Notes under the pieces: model-generated
Told to the model about the DNA's origin: nothing
The model's database searches: none
Seen by the model: the letters and a program-made list of their open reading frames with translations, nothing else
Made by a program: the position numbers and the translations under genes
Shown here: positions 63,175-64,000 of the stretch, one piece after another
How positions within the stretch are numbered: the first letter of the stretch is position 1
How the letters are laid out: every line of letters starts with the position of its first letter
Source: Lingula anatina
Lineage: Eukaryota > Animalia > Brachiopoda
NCBI GenBank assembly: GCA_051362555.1
Contig: CM120642.1
Coordinates: 28,644,001 to 28,708,000 of the forward strand
DNA length: 64,000 nt
Reading direction: 5' to 3'

Positions 63175-64000
63175 ATGGAAGAGGACTGCTACCAATTGAA
63201 TCTTTCTTCAGCAAAGATGCCATTCAATGGTGACTATAGCGGGAATGTCACTTATGCGGTATTGGATGGCGGAGCAGTGGAGGGCTCGGGCTGCCACATG
63301 AATGAAAGTGGCACAGTGTGGGGTTATGGTGATGATGGCCTAATGAAGTTTATGATGGATTTGAGGGAAATATCATCGATTTTATTACCAGTGATATACG
63401 GCCTTGTTCTCGTCGTTGGGATATCCGGGAATAGTTTAGTGATATACGTTATATTAAACAACAAGAAAATGAAGACCTGCCCCAACATGTTGTTTCTGAA
63501 CCTTGCCGTCGCTGACTTACTGTTCTTGTTGTTTTGTGTTCCGCTGCAGAGCGCTGTCGCCATCTCAAAATGGCGCCTTATGATTGGGGACGTGTTATGT
63601 AAGATGTTACGTTTCACGACTTATGTCACCATGGGAGTGAGCGCCTATTCTCTTGCCGTCATTTGCATGTTCCGCTGCAGGGCGATAGCGTCTCCGATAC
63701 GGGCGTCTCAGTTCCTAACCAGACGCCATGCCATTACCGTCAGTCTGATCGTATGGCTGGCTATGCTGGCTTTCAACATACCAACGGCTTTATATTACCG
63801 GGAGATTGGCCAATGTAGTATGCACACGGAGACGGACGTGGAGTTCTATCTACTCTTCTCTATTATAAGCGGTATAGATTTTTTTATACCTGTGACCCTC
63901 CTCGCACTCTCCACGGTAGCCATTGTGTGCCACATCAGGAGAAGCAGGTTTACCCCGGAGAGCGAAACCCTGGTGGCCGCCGGTTATAACCCAAGAATCA
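63175..64000 (+). CDS. Rhodopsin-class neuropeptide GPCR, allatostatin-A/galanin-receptor-like, 3'-partial
   Basis: Open from ATG 63175 (alternatively 63217) to the window end: LPVIYGLVLVVGISGNSLVIYVI..NKKMKTCPNMLFLNLAVADLLFLLFCVP...GDVLCKM..YVTMGVSAYSL. N-terminal sequons NLS, NVT and NES. Absent from the ORF track because no stop lies in the window. Confidence 0.9.
   Translation, partial: MEEDCYQLNLSSAKMPFNGDYSGNVTYAVLDGGAVEGSGCHMNESGTVWGYGDDGLMKFMMDLREISSILLPVIYGLVLVVGISGNSLVIYVILNNKKMKTCPNMLFLNLAVADLLFLLFCVPLQSAVAISKWRLMIGDVLCKMLRFTTYVTMGVSAYSLAVICMFRCRAIASPIRASQFLTRRHAITVSLIVWLAMLAFNIPTALYYREIGQCSMHTETDVEFYLLFSIISGIDFFIPVTLLALSTVAIVCHIRRSRFTPESETLVAAGYNPRI

Overview
AT-rich eukaryotic genomic DNA from a bilaterian invertebrate (probably lophotrochozoan; inferred from the gene families and repeats). 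Genes reconstructed by hand from GT-AG splice sites and reading-frame phase: (1) the 5' three coding exons of a GABA-B receptor subunit 1 gene (minus strand, continuing off the left edge); (2) head-to-head with it, a complete 8-exon ZNHIT6/BCD1 gene; (3) an intronless myristoylated neuronal calcium sensor; (4) a 5-exon GAPR-1/GLIPR2-like CAP protein lacking both conserved histidines; (5) a 3-exon secreted protein with FG-GAP/VCBS repeats and an HExxH...NxxEFFA zinc-metallopeptidase-like domain; (6) an FMRFamide-receptor-like GPCR with a 1-nt frameshift; (7) decayed DHRS4 exons; (8) the 5' part of a divergent allatostatin-A/galanin-like GPCR. Gene (5) looks bacterial, resembling the anthrax lethal factor/PPEP-1/MtfA motif layout, and is the best candidate for a domesticated horizontal transfer. 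Introns hold a complete Helentron-associated element with a 13 x 146-bp satellite dense in nuclear-receptor motifs, many foldback MITEs (one nested in another element), LINE remnants, a 29-bp minisatellite and local duplications. All homologies are from motif recognition; no database search was run.
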